Shown piece after piece: positions 48,140-61,538 of a stretch of DNA of 64,000 nucleotides. The notes under the pieces are model-generated. The model searched no databases and was not told the DNA's origin. It was given only the letters and a program-made list of their open reading frames with translations. How positions within the stretch are numbered: position 1 is the stretch's first letter; each line of letters starts with the position of its first letter. The stretch is from Paraphysomonas bandaiensis (lineage: Eukaryota > Protista > Chrysophyceae), in assembly GCA_965644295.1 (NCBI GenBank), contig CBFFRP010000199.1, positions 527,207 to 591,206 of the forward strand, given 5' to 3'. The position numbers were made by a program, and so were the translations under genes.

Positions 48140-48876
48140 GGTGAGGTGAAGACTTACGCACTCCGTTTACATTGCGACTACAATCTAATTCAAGCAACGG
48201 GATTAAATATTAAATTATATTTAGTGGTACAAATTAATTTAATTTGCAGAAGTAAGAGTAAATAAAAGTAACTTTTATATTTTTCATTTTATGTAATGCG
48301 TAAATACTGCTAAATAATGCACTTAACGTCGTCAGCGTAGAAACAAGTACTGAACAACAATCACTAAGAAACATTTTCAACTTACAACACCAAATTTGAC
48401 TTTAATACTAAATAATATAAAAGATCTTTGCGTCTAACGCCTGAATATTGGTTATCCAGAAAAGACACACTATCGTTAACCTATTTTTGTGAATGCGACT
48501 AGCCACCAGATTCTTTTCTACCAAAACATGTTCTAATGATTCGTATCTTAGAATAGCACTTTGAATATATACAGATTGGATGATTCTTCTGGTCCTGTAA
48601 TCACACTATGATTCGTGAATTCATTGGGAGCAAACGTTAACGTAGTATTTCATTCAGGAGAACATTGATTCTTCAATTTGATAATAATCATTGCGATCAT
48701 ATTTGATAACAATAACTTTGTCGGCGCTTCCAAAGTTAACAATTGAAAGACAAGCACAACGATTCTATGTTCAATGACACGTTATCCATATACAAACTAT
48801 GTACAAAAACAATGGCGTTATTTTGGCTTCACTTACAGGTGCTCCAAGCCAGAACTAAACCACCCTCATATACACT

Positions 48877-51692
48877 CTATGAAGTAACTCTGGGTATGTA
48901 TTTCATATAAGAAAGAGCGAGCGGCCCAACTCCCCAGATATATTCTGAGATAATTCGTATAGGCGCATCTCCTAAGTGTGCACATCCCCGAACAAACAAC
49001 GCAAATCCGCACCGCTGATAAAAAGCTGTACATCTGCCTTCGTGGATGATTTTCTCTGCTATGGCGTCATCGAGAGGAGATCCATGCATCACAGCAAAAC
49101 ATCTCTTTAAACTTCCACTCCTGGACACAGCTTCACTGAGTACACTAACATCCTTTAGACACAGCTTTCGGTCTATAGAAACCACCGATTTAAGCATATG
49201 ATGACGTTGTATTTCCTTTGCAACAAGACTAATCAGGCCGCTGCCGAAAGCTGAGATTTCAAAAGACTTCTGTGTGGGCCGAATACCGCAAAGAGTCGGA
49301 CACTTCGGGTGTGCCATAACAGCCGATATAAGTTCATTCAAGCATTCCTCGGCTTCACAGGGAAATCCAGCATCAAAGCCACAAAAACTATCTGGGTCGC
49401 CGCACTCATGATAGTAATTTTCCATAATAATTAACTGCTCGAGGTTTGCAGCCCCAAGTGCATTCCGTCTGATACCTTGTGCAAGATTTTTCATGACAAG
49501 AAGATGAGATCTATCATTCCGACCGAATATATTATTCCGATCTAAGTTGATAATTCCAACAGTAGAATTGTTCGCCAGAGTATGACTGAGTGCTTCGGAA
49601 AATTCTACTACTTTACACTGGGTCGCATAGGTGGTCTCATAACGTGTGACACTAGTCTCCACATTACCTGACAAGTCCAGCTCATACAATCCACTATTGC
49701 TTTGCAGACCAAAAATTATTTCCTGATGATATGAAAGGAGTGTGTCAGAAAAATACAGAAATTAGTTGTATCTCACCATTATTCCATTCATGCAAAAACT
49801 GTTGCCTGAGAGAAATAGATGGCGCAGACATGATATCTCCGGTAAAGATTGGCCTATTTTCCGTGCATCTATGTCACACAGAGAGCACTTATTGAAGCGC
49901 AGCGTCTTCAACCTAAGCTCACGGTTTTTTAGGGCCTCCGTAAATCCATCAATAACTTCCGATGGTAGTGCATTGCCACTAAGGTCAATCTCTCGAAATT
50001 TACTTGTAGCCGTTGTATGGCGTAAAGTTACTGCAAGAGCCAGAAGAGGGGCAGTGCTATTACAAACATCATTTCTTGAGAGATCTAGCGAGGAAAGGGC
50101 AGAGTCCGAAGACATCAGTACTCCAGCAAGGTTCTCTATATCACTCGCTAATACAGAGCAACGCGACGCTCTGCGATAAAAATCGAAAAATCACTATGTA
50201 ATGAAGATAGAAACAGGTTACACGTACCGTATGTCAGAAATCATGCCGTTGCCAAGCAGTGCATTGAATATGCTCTTAATTCCAAAAGTATAGGGGGCAC
50301 CAGATATATCCAAATATTTTAATGTCTAAAACAATCATATAACAATAAACTCAGAGTATTGCATGTAATGTTTGAAAACAGTAGTAGTTGACAGTCAGTA
50401 TACGCAACTTTATACACATGGCTTGATCGTGCAATTCCAAATACATTACGCTGTGTCAGTGCAGCATATTGTTCACACCTTATTTGACTCCAGTGTAATC
50501 GCGAGGTGGGCAGACGAATATCCAATCGGAATGCTATCACTTATATTCAGCCACATAACGGATGAATTCCATCTGAGACCATCAACCATATATCTCATCC
50601 CCTCCGGCTCCAATGAAGCGTTACTGCTAATGTCAAGCCGTTGAAGATGAGGGGAAGATATCAGGAGATTCTTGAGCGCCTTCATACTATCTGAAGAGAG
50701 TCCGCAGTTGCTCAGTGTTAAGCACTGCAAGGGATTGATGAGGAGGTTTGGGACTAATAAAGAGAGTCCAGTTTCTCCAAACTCGGGATTACGAGACAAA
50801 TTTAGAGCTGAAATGGGGGTAGATGAGGTGGATGGTGGGTTTAGTAATAGGCCTAAAAATACACTGTCCACTCCTTTTAGTCCTCGGTTAGACATGTTAA
50901 GACATATCCCATATCCACTCTTTCCATAGATGTATCGCTTCCCACACAAGTCTAAATTAGATACCCCGCCTCCCATACGCATACATTCATCAATACGTTG
51001 ACAATCAATGGAGTCAAAACTATTGCCACTTAGATTCAGGTTCTGTAGAGAGCCGGGATTTCGTAGGACTGAAAGGATACAATCTACCACTTCATCATCG
51101 CTGCCTATCATATTTCGACTGAGATTCAGCGAACGGAGTGTGCAACGGGATGCAGCCAGCAGCAGTGCACACACACTCTCGCTGCAGTACTGCCCATCTA
51201 GCCGTCCACGATGAACCCACTCCCCACATATACGATTAAGAGATAGATCCAAATCTAAAATATTCACGTTTCCTGCCAAAGCAGAGGCCATGAAGGCGGC
51301 GCCATCAGGGCCAAGGGTATTATTCGAGAGATCCAGTCGCATTATATTGCGACAGAGCAAGATTCCCTGTAATCATATAACAAGACACAACACGTGCATT
51401 ATAAAGCACGCACATTCATGAGTCTCTCTGCTGCTGCGGCATCAATCGCGCAGTCCCTCAGTACGATATTCCGCACTGTACAGTCTATCCCGCTTTCCTC
51501 CTTATAGACCCGTTCAAACGCAGAGAGCTGACGACAGAGCAACTGGCAGACACATGTTTGCCGCACCCCTCTGAGGCGAATGGAGTCCTCGTTTAAGCGC
51601 CCCTCTCCATCTGATATGCTCATGCGGAGCACCTGTGAGGCCCGGTCGAACCTGAACACGCGTATGGTGCTGCTATCCACATCCGACATCAT
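48877..51692 (-). CDS. Large RNI-like leucine-rich repeat protein, multi-exon
   Basis: Consecutive minus-strand exons with LDLSxN repeats, separated by short GT-AG introns. Confidence 0.85.
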
Positions 51693-52216
51693 GTCTAATA
51701 CGTTTAATCTTACTACTCTATTATGTTGTATACACACACTATGGAAAGAACAGACAGCCGTATTATCAGATCCATATCCACAACTGGCTATGTGTATACG
51801 CTAATGGGCGGCCACTCTGTGCGTATGTATCCGTATCGGACATTTTCAAGAACACACTGGAATTGGCTGTATGCAGTGCTGTACACTCTGTATGGTTTTT
51901 TGCAGTATTTTGCAGTGCACTAGAATACCGTATTTTTTGGCAATTATCTGTATTCCAGCCGTAGTTGTATTTCAATAATATGGACTAATTTTGCTTCAAT
52001 TTATTTCCGAAAAATATGATGCTGACTGCCGATACGTGTATGTGTATCTATGTATGGTACGTATGGTATGTGTGGTATGTATGGTATATATGCCATGTAT
52101 ATGCACAGGATATGTAATGTGTAATGTGTAGAGAGTGTTACATATTTTCGAGTGTTGGAGCGGGACATCTTTAGATTTGCACTTCACTGATATTAGTAGT
52201 GCATCAGTTTGTGTGG

Positions 52217-53296
52217 ATGGGACAGAATCAGTCGTTCGACAGTTATGATGGGGACTCCCAAGATTTCAAGTGTGCTATAATCGTGGTGGGACCGAAATGT
52301 GGTGACGACAGTCTAACAGAGTTGCGGTGGCTGCCGAAGGAGGCTAAAATTATTGGTACGGGAATAACGATAGAAGAATTTGAGAAAGATGGTGTACTTA
52401 TTCAGGAGGCTAATGTTATCATGAACGTAAGTGGGACATCCAACACGCTAGCTCCTATTATTCGAGCGATGCCAGAGCTGGTGTGGCTTCATTCCACCAC
52501 TGCAGGGGTTGAACACATTCTATGTCCTGAACTAGTAGACAACCCATCCATTATATTGACTAATGCCAAGGGTGTATTTAGTAGGTACGTTCGATTTTTT
52601 GGTTTCATATCTTCGTGACTCCTCTACAGTTCCCTTGCCGAGTATGTCATAGGATCATGCCTCTATTTTGCAAAGAACTTGCGTCGCCTGGAAGAACAGA
52701 AGGCGGATAGAATATGGGAGCGCTTTGCTGTGAATGAGCTACGGGGTCGAACTATGGGTATAATTGGCTACGGCGATGTAGGCATGCACTGCGCACGACT
52801 TGCAAAGTGTTTCGGTATGCGCGTGCTTGCGCTGCGCAAGCGTCCGGAGCTATGTGAGGAAGACGATAATGTAGATGAAGTCTTTTGTCCTGATGACATT
52901 GCCACTGTTATGTCAGAGTCCGATTATTTGGTAGTTGCAGCTGCGCTGACGGACAAGACAAGAGGATTGATAGGTCGTCGGGAGCTCGCTGTCAGTAAGC
53001 AAGGTCAGGTTCTTATCAATATATCTCGGGGTGCTGTCGTCGACGAGATATCACTTATAGATGCTCTCAGAAAGAAGGATAGACTCGCTGGGGCGGCACT
53101 GGACGTTTTTGTCTGCGAGCCGCTGCCGAAGACGTCCCCACTGTGGGATCTCCCGAATCTACTTCTGTCCCCTCATAACGCCGACATGACTAAGGAGTTT
53201 AGACACCACAGTATTAAATTTTTTACCAATAACTGCCATAAGTTTGTTGCTGGTGAGGAGCTGGACTGTGTCGTCGATAAGAGACGTGGATATTAA
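52217..53296 (+). CDS. D-isomer-specific 2-hydroxyacid dehydrogenase, 2 exons
   Basis: WLHSTTAGVE, LTNAKGVFS|SSLAEY, GIIGYGDVG, INISRGAVVDE, LDVFVCEPLP, SPHNA. Confidence 0.95.
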
Positions 53297-53830
53297 TCAT
53301 TCCTTTCTGGATCTGACCTCTACTATATGGCAGCTGTACCAGCGGTGCTCTTGTGACGATATATTTTTCAACGCTTGCTTATTCAACGCTTGTAATAAAT
53401 AGTACTGATGTATAGTCATTGTAGAAGTTGATCTTTTGACTGTTCTGTGTTTTTATTCATAGTTGGTCGTAGTTTATGACCTTAATCCTTCATATAAATG
53501 GCAAGTATACAAGTTCTAACAAGCTGGCGTGCTTTACTGTGCGTTGTGATCAGCCACCTATTAAAAATCAACGGTATGTGAAAAGTGTTAACATTTTTTC
53601 TATATGAAGTAGTAAAAACTGTCGGGTCTACACACTTGAAAGCAAAAAACATGTAATTATATCATTATCATAGAAAACAGCAATGGAGATACCATCAACC
53701 ATATCCACAAAAAGTATAACCGAAAAACTCTCACGACAGTCTTCTTTCTACATACGTGTATCGACAATGACACCACGGGACCTTATTCCCTAAGTAAATG
53801 GTTTGGTACTTCTGGCGTACATATTAAGCA

Positions 53831-54562
53831 CTAATCTGAGTCATACTCATCTTCACCAACGCCCCTTAGTGTTTTGACTTCCTCAGCATCCTTCCAATCT
53901 TTGTTCATACCGCTTTTCTTTGGAGCAAATACCATCTCCTCTACGGACCGACTCTGTAGACTTTTCATCACTTCTGCATCCTTTGCCGCTTGCGCTTTCA
54001 GCACTTCAATTTCTGCCTCCAGAACACTAAGCTTTTCTCGTAGCTTCTGATTAGCAATTTCACCTATGCCGATTTCAGCTTGAACGCTTTCCATTCTTCC
54101 TTGTGTTTCGTCAATCTGAGCTCTCATTGTGTCATTTTTCTCTTCTGTAACAGAAATAGTCTTCTCAGCCAACGCTTTTTTATGCTTGGAAGCTATTATC
54201 TTATTCTCTATTATCTTGAACTGTGCTCGAAGATGCTCATTCTCCATTTGGAGATCTGCTAAGCGAAGTCGACGAGCGCTACAGTCAGGCCTTTGGCAGA
54301 TAGCTTCCTCTTCTTCTTCGACAACTTTAGTTACCTTCTTGGACGCTAACTTTCGAACAGACCGTTTTGCTGACGGTTTTGCAGGTATGATCTTAGTGAG
54401 TGGTAATATACGTTCAATATTTTTAGCACCATCCTCATCTCTTAACCCCACTGCAAAGCATACATTTCCAATATTATTGATGTGCGAGAAGTCTGAAAAT
54501 ACAGGATGACTCCCATCTTTCGGAGTGGGACTCTTCTTCTCAGCCGTCCTCGAATTCGACAT
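53831..54562 (-). CDS. Hypothetical coiled-coil protein
   Basis: ~243-aa ORF with a CQRPDC motif and a long heptad region. Confidence 0.75.
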   Translation of the reverse strand: MSNSRTAEKKSPTPKDGSHPVFSDFSHINNIGNVCFAVGLRDEDGAKNIERILPLTKIIPAKPSAKRSVRKLASKKVTKVVEEEEEAICQRPDCSARRLRLADLQMENEHLRAQFKIIENKIIASKHKKALAEKTISVTEEKNDTMRAQIDETQGRMESVQAEIGIGEIANQKLREKLSVLEAEIEVLKAQAAKDAEVMKSLQSRSVEEMVFAPKKSGMNKDWKDAEEVKTLRGVGEDEYDSD

Positions 54563-55071
54563 TAGGAGTTGTTCTATCAATTAAACCAGAAGGAATATAG
54601 TGAGAGAGAGGAGCCTTAGAGTAGATCTCTCGCCTAGACATACATACTGCAGTCTATATGGTTCAGCTCAATAGCTACTGGCTGTTTCATTCTTTCATAA
54701 TACAGTGAATACACTCCTTGTAGGATATAATGCCATGAGTAATATCTACAGTACGTATTATTCCTGTAGTTGGGTGCAGAAAGGGAATGCCTACTACAAT
54801 GGCTGTACTGTATGTGCAGCATGTATTCATACCGTATATTAGGACTATGGAGCGTATTGCACAACTCGCTAGCTAAAATAGATAGATATGGTGCTGGAGG
54901 TACTGTACATCTACAGCAGTATACTGTACAAGTAGTTAACAGCTGATGTCAAGCTGCATACTGGGAGTGTATATTACCTGGAGAATATATAATTTGGTGA
55001 CTTAACTGGCAAGCACCAGGTGATTTAATTGAATATTTTTAATAATTCCACGTCTGAGATCCGTTTAATCG

Positions 55072-56110
55072 ATGGACAAGGTACACACCACAGGCACCCG
55101 GCGAATAACATGCTAATTTTGCTGCAGATATCATGCAGTTTGTCACTGATGAGGAGACTTCCCCCTAATAAAATCGAGCAGAGTTTAAGTGGTCTACTCA
55201 ATCTATTACCAGATGAGACAGACGAACTTTTGCAAAGAGTCGACCAGCCTCTTGAGGAATGCCATGATCCAGACTCGGTAAGAGTGTTCATGATAATTTA
55301 CATATCCACTTCATCAGCTGTGAGTTCAGGGCCGAACATTTTTGCTGTGTGATTATAATCGCGATGGAGATTCTTATAGGTAAATTGCTCGACTTACTAT
55401 TTGTCGGCCTAACCGACTTGTAACTAGATCTCCGTGGTCCAACAAATATTTCCCTCCATTAGACGATGGTTTCTTGCCTTCAGAAAAACTTAGGACAATG
55501 GAAATGGAGGCAAACGAATTGTTTGATTCCTATAGAGAACTTTACTTCGAAGGAGGCACATCTTCAGTTTATCTGTGGGACCTAGGCGATGGGTTCGCTG
55601 GTTGCTTCCTGATTAAGAAAAGTAGTCTAATGCTTTTTCAATAACACATTTAACTATATCTACGTATTCTTAGATGTGGAGAACAATAGGTTTGTGAACA
55701 GCGGCTCGTGGGACTCTATTCACGTAGTAGAGGCAGTAAATACAGCACCGAACAAAGCTACCTACAAACTAACGACCACTGTGATGCTTAGTATGAGTGT
55801 GGCCAAGGAACAAGTGGGGAACACAAACATGTCGGGATCCCTTACCCGGCAAGTGGAGTCTAGCTGCACATTGGACAATGCTGAAAACACCCACCTCGCG
55901 AATATAGGTCGCCTGATTGAGGAACAGGAGAGCGATATGCGCTCTAATCTGAATGAACTCTACATCCTCAAGACCCGGGAGATTGTGAACTCGATTCGGA
56001 CGAATGCGGATGGCCCTATTCAAAGTGCATCACATGTGGCACATCTGAATGCTGCAGTGACGGGTCATGGAAAGTCTAGGAAGGTGGATTCCGAAACGGA
56101 GGGAGCGTAG
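55072..56110 (+). CDS. CAPZB: F-actin capping protein beta subunit, 5 exons
   Basis: Exons 55072-55080, 55128-55277, 55330-55379, 55428-55621, 55674-56110. Motifs [49 protein letters not shown]. Confidence 0.97.
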
Positions 56111-56544
56111 ATCTACATGCTCGTCGGTCAACTGAATCTGTTTAACTCAACAGCGCCTTGGGTGCATCGCACCGCATGCTAGATATGGAGGTGACACTTT
56201 ACATAGTTGTGATGATATTCAAGTAATTAATTCAAATTTTACTCTAAGCAACCACTTGCTTGCAAGGTTCAACAGGTTGATCCGTATTATGGCACATCAT
56301 TCGGTGTGTTCACATGTTCACTGCAAAAGCAATCGATGAATAAATTAGCTGCTTTGTTTGGTCATCTGTTAATTATCTGTAACTAGTGCATATTAGTGAC
56401 TAATATGCGATTTGAAATGAGCAGTAGTTGAGAAACTAAGGAGCAGTGACGTCTAGTTACAGAGTATGAATTATTGAAATATTTACTTATTTCACTGGTA
56501 ACTAGATAGAACTATAATTTAATTGAAACAACACTAATGTATAC

Positions 56545-56644
56545 CAGGGATAGGGAAAAATATATATTGCAATACTATTGATTATTGATGGAGTTTTTAA
56601 ACCGGCCCTACAATACTGTTGCAGTATATTGTTCCCTATCCCTG
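56545..56644 (-). mobile_element. 100-bp MITE of hAT family A
   Basis: TIRs CAGGGATAGGGAA; TSD ATGTATAC/ATGTGTAC. Duplicated at 61973-62072. Confidence 0.9.
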
Positions 56645-56659
56645 ATGTGTACTGCAATC

Positions 56660-59600
56660 CAAGGAAAGGGAAAATATATTGCAGTACTATTATAGGAAAG
56701 TCTTATTATTACATGAGAACGGTTGCGTACAGAAACTAGTTTATATCTATAGACTAACTACAGTAATAACTAGATTTGCTAAATACTACTAGTGGCTGGC
56801 AACCGTCTCGGGACTGCTTGTGCATCGCTGCGAGCACCATGGTGCAACCGTCCCTTGTATTGAGGTTAGTCGGGGGGTCTACCTTTGGGCAATGTGTCTG
56901 GCGGGCCTGTGCCAAGGATTATGTGAGGGGTGGATGAGGCGAGATGTATATGAGAGTGTAAGTCGGTGGTGGAGATGGTGCTGGTTGTTGAGGTGGGGTT
57001 TCGGCCACAAGTAAGGAGGAGTTGTTTCCGGAGTGGTTGCGCTTGCCTCTGTCAGGTCTGGACTCTTGCAGAGAGTGTAGTTCTTGGGGTGGATGTCGCC
57101 TGGAGTAGTTGGAGTATTTTTGGTGTCGGGTGAGTATCCTGGGACTGGCGTTGCTGTGAATGTGTCGTGACCGGTGTCGCCGGTGCCGTGTCTACGTTGT
57201 GGTGTCTGTGTCCCCTATTGCGAATCATGCGGAGCCCTCCATCATATAGGGGGAGTAGGATAGAGGGGATGGCTTTTTCGAGGGCGTGGAACTGATGTTC
57301 GAGCAGTGAGCTGGATATGTGGCGTCCGAATGCGCAGTAATATGGCCGGTCCAGTAGCGCTCAACCTGGGGGGTGGTTGGGTTCCATGCGTCTTTGGCTA
57401 GTTTGGTTATGGCGGTGTAAAACCAGGGATGGGGGAGCGTGCGTGTGCGAAGTTTGTCAAGCTTATTGTGGTGTGCTTGGTGGACATCTTCTCGTATATG
57501 AATGATGTCAGGATGAGTGCAGGTGAGAAGCATGTGCGCCATGTTGTCTGTGGGGTGTGCACAATCTGTGCATGTGGAAGCCGTTGTGCGATCATGTCCG
57601 GATTTTCCTTTGGCTCGGTTTCTTCCCATTGCGAAGGATTTGTCCCATACGTATGCCGTCTCGCCTATACGCTCTGCGTGGGAGATGTAGTGTTTGGAGG
57701 AATTATGGGTACGGAGGGGGTGGAGCTTGTGTGGGAGCCTTGTTCCGCTGCGTGTCCAATACTGCGGGTCTCGCTGCGTTTGTGCAGCATACATGCTATC
57801 TCGTCGGAGGGTGTATTGATGGAGGTCCCACTGGTGGTGGAGATCTGTGACGTCTCCTAATAGCATGGGACCGAGGTCTGTGAGGAGGAGTGTATCGTAT
57901 CTTCGCCAGTGCCATTGACCCGTGGTGAAGAATTCATCTCTAGTATGTGCGTAGCGTCAGTTGTGACAACACTGTAGTTGGAGGCTCCGAGCACTCTGTC
58001 TAGTGTCTTCCAATCGCCGCTGGCGGCGGCGTCAGCTATATGAATGCCGTGGTCAGTGTAGGTCCAGTTGCTTTGATCTTGTGTTCTACGTTCGGGGGCG
58101 CGTCCATTTTATTGGGCGCTGTTTAAGAGCTGTGGAGGCGAGGCATTCGTAAAATATTCCCTGGGGCTTTGTTCCGAGGGCGCGCCGTCTGTGTGAGAGG
58201 GCCTCTTTGGTCCGCGTCTGTACCGCCTGACAATCAGTCCAGATTGCCACGGAAGAGTGGAGTACAGTGGAGAATGTCAGTGCTGCTGACATTATTACAA
58301 GGGTTTCGTAGGTGTATGCGTTGAGGCCAGGCGTGGTGAGCTGTGGTGCCGTGAGTTGTAAGATTTTGGTTTGGTTGTGACCCCAGTTGTTCTTGGGCGG
58401 GAGCCATACAATTGCAGCTCCTCCGTCGTGAGAATTGGGCTGTGTGTGGGTGTTGCCGAGTAGGTGAGCAGGGGTGAGGTGTGTGCGTATGAAGGATCCA
58501 TCCGTGAAGATGGCTTTTTGTAAGCGTATTTGTGATCGTTGTACAGTTGTAGCTGTGATTGGACTTTGTCAATAGTAGCTCGGAAGTGTGGCGTAACTGG
58601 GGAGGGAGGCTGTAATCTGATGCCTAGTTGTTGCCCCCATTGTACCAGACTGGTGATGTACGTGTCAACATCTTGGGGGGGTGCTCGTAGCGTTGCAAGA
58701 GCGATGTGGCCGCACTCTTGGGCTGTCCTCCGAGTGTGAGGGCTCGTTGAAGAGTATGCCATTTCTGAGTCTGAGCATGGGTTGAAAATTTTCGCAGTCC
58801 AAGCCCTTTGTATTTCGGAGGAAGGTAGAGATAAGGTCCGTGGGATATCCATGGGGGAGACGGGAGTATTTTCCTAGCGGCCTGCGCGAGTAGTTTGTCT
58901 ATAGCGATGTATTTAGCATATGTCCAGGATGCTTTTTGGTGGCCTTGTATAGTAGGGTCGGGAGTATTTGTGTGTTGAGGACGAGTAGCTTGCAATCAGG
59001 TGTCGCGCATTTGGATCGTAGAACTGCCGTGGATGTGGCTATATGTAGGTGGTGCACCAACTGTGGGAGTCAGTGTCTTTTACTGAGAATGGAAGTTGTA
59101 CGCCGAGATACTTGGTGGAATTGGTGGTTGTTCGGATGGGGATGGGGTGTGGGCACCAGTTCCAGTTTCTTATGATGATGTGTGGGTTTGACTCTAACAT
59201 GGCCGTCACCGCAAATGGGGCTCCCAGGGCAATGCATTCAGTTTTGGGGAGCAGTACTATTGTTAGATAGCGCTCCATTGATAGTATTGATGGAGTTTTT
59301 AAACCGACCCACAGCATTACTATTGCAGTATATTTGCAATATTTTAGTATCTTTAATCAGTAAGGAAACACATTCGTATATTCAATTGGTAGTACTTGTC
59401 ATAATAAGGTCACTTGATAATCAAACCCACTACTTCTTAATAAAACTACATATTTCCTCATACTCATCCTCTGAGCCATCATCGGTGACGTCAACATTAC
59501 CAATATCATCCAATATAATTGAAATATGCTTGCATCCGGTCACAACTGTCAATTAGTTTTCAGAAACAACAATATTAATTGAAATATGCTTGCATCCGGT

Positions 59601-60067
59601 CACAACTGTCAATTAGCTTTCAAAAACAACAGAATATTAAGTGTAGCAGGATGCATGCGTTAGGTATAATCAGTTTTGCTGCGTTGAACAAGCGTTCACA
59701 CGTTCACACGTTTTGGAATTACATACTCATGACTCGTGCACCTGTACTTAGATATTTCAACTTTCCGTCTTTTAATTTTTTGAGCTGACAGAAGAATTTT
59801 TTCCGCATATAGCCAACTTCAGCTTCATCATCCTCTGTATTGTTGCAACTGTCCAAACGGAGATATATTCTAACAGCATATTTATATATAGATATTTACA
59901 TGGACTTATATTTTGCAGCCTACAGTTAAGATGGCAATCACTATATTGATTGCTATATATTGCAATACTATCGTGAGCTACTTTAACAAAAACAATATTG
60001 ATAGAATATTTGACCTGTCCACCAATCAATATATATTACAGTATCAATATATTGTTACCGAACCCTG
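56660..60067 (-). mobile_element. hAT family A deletion derivative (~840 bp), interrupted by the LINE
   Basis: Degenerate TIRs and perfect TSD CTGCAATC (56652-56659, 60068-60075). 59251-60067 is a reverse-complement match to parts of 8655-9979. Internal 60-bp tandem duplication at ~59516-59635. Confidence 0.92.
56692..59250 (-). mobile_element. 5'-truncated, frameshifted non-LTR retrotransposon (RT C-terminus, RNase H, zinc knuckle, 3' UTR)
   Basis: KYLGVQL, LYLPPKYKGLGL, IWTDCQAV...IKWTR...GIHIAD, CTDC...HMLLTC. Perfect 11-bp TSD GCAGTACTATT (56681-56691, 59251-59261). Confidence 0.9.
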
Positions 60068-60766
60068 CTGCAATCATCCGGAAGCAAGAGCTTAGTATTA
60101 GCGCTCAAACGCGACCTATATTATACTGAGCACATACCACATACAATCAATGTGTAAAATTAGGCATAGGTTGACAGGGAATAGAAGTCTTACTGTCGAC
60201 GGCAGATATTTTGAGCTAGGTCTTGTATCTTGTATGCAGAGATTGTAAAACTCTGTACTTTCTGATTTTTTAGAATGATGCTAAAATTATGATGTTTTGA
60301 TGATGCAGTTATATCTTATAGATGCTTTATTTTCAGCTTCTTTGCATGTGTCTTCTTCGGTTGATGTAGCAGTCTATTTGTCTCTTCTCAAGCTATATTC
60401 GAATGCTTTCGAATTATAACGGATACTTAAATAATACAGTAGTTGTAAAAAGTATTACCTAAGTTAATGAAAATATATGAATTATGATACTGAAACTGAG
60501 ATAATTGGCTGTAAAAGATAGTGACTTTCTACGGTTGATAATATAGGTTGGTAAATATAGAATTATTGAAGTTGTTTATTCTAATTTCGATACAATAATA
60601 TATATAGAAAAATCATCTACTAGCGACAAATATCAAATAGGCCACAAGTACGAATGTAGGAGATGGTTGTATATACACATTTACAATAAGTGCACGACGC
60701 TTCTCTACTCTTTAGCTCAATCCCTCAATCCTGTCAGTACTACCTAAGGAAGTACAGTACGTACCT

Positions 60767-61538
60767 TTTTTGCTGTGTGATTATAATCGCGATGGAGATT
60801 CTTATAGGTAAATTGCTCGACTTACTATTTGTCGGCCTAACCGACTTGTAACTAGATCTCCGTGGTCCAACAAATATTTCCCTCCATTAGACGATGGTTT
60901 CTTGCCTTCAGAAAAACTTAGGACAATGGAAATGGAGGCAAACGAATTGTTTGATTCCTATAGAGAACTTTACTTCGAAGGAGGCACATCTTCAGTTTAT
61001 CTGTGGGACCTAGGCGATGGGTTCGCTGGTTGCTTCCTGATTAAGAAAAGTAGTCTAATGCTTTTTCAATAACACATTTAACTATATCTACGTATTCTTA
61101 GATGTGGAGAACAATAGGTTTGTGAACAGCGGCTCGTGGGACTCTATTCACGTAGTAGAGGCAGTAAATACAGCACCGAACAAAGCTACCTACAAACTAA
61201 CGACCACTGTGATGCTTAGTATGAGTGTGGCCAAGGAACAAGTGGGGAACACAAACATGTCGGGATCCCTTACCCGGCAAGTGGAGTCTAGCTGCACATT
61301 GGACAATGCTGAAAACACCCACCTCGCGAATATAGGTCGCCTGATTGAGGAACAGGAGAGCGATATGCGCTCTAATCTGAATGAACTCTACATCCTCAAG
61401 ACCCGGGAGATTGTGAACTCGATTCGGACGAATGCGGATGGCCCTATTCAAAGTGCATCACATGTGGCACATCTGAATGCTGCAGTGACGGGTCATGGAA
61501 AGTCTAGGAAGGTGGATTCCGAAACGGAGGGAGCGTAG
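60767..61538 (+). pseudogene. CAPZB: 5'-truncated duplicate of CAPZB (most of exon 3, plus exons 4-5)
   Basis: Matches 55339-56110; lacks exons 1-2 and the promoter. Confidence 0.85.

Noticed and set aside
56833-56845. Perfect palindrome GCACCATGGTGC as a protein-binding operator
   Set aside because: Not preserved in SINE copies (TCACCTTGGTGC, GTACCTTGGTGC); the adjacent GNRA hairpin explains the conservation better.
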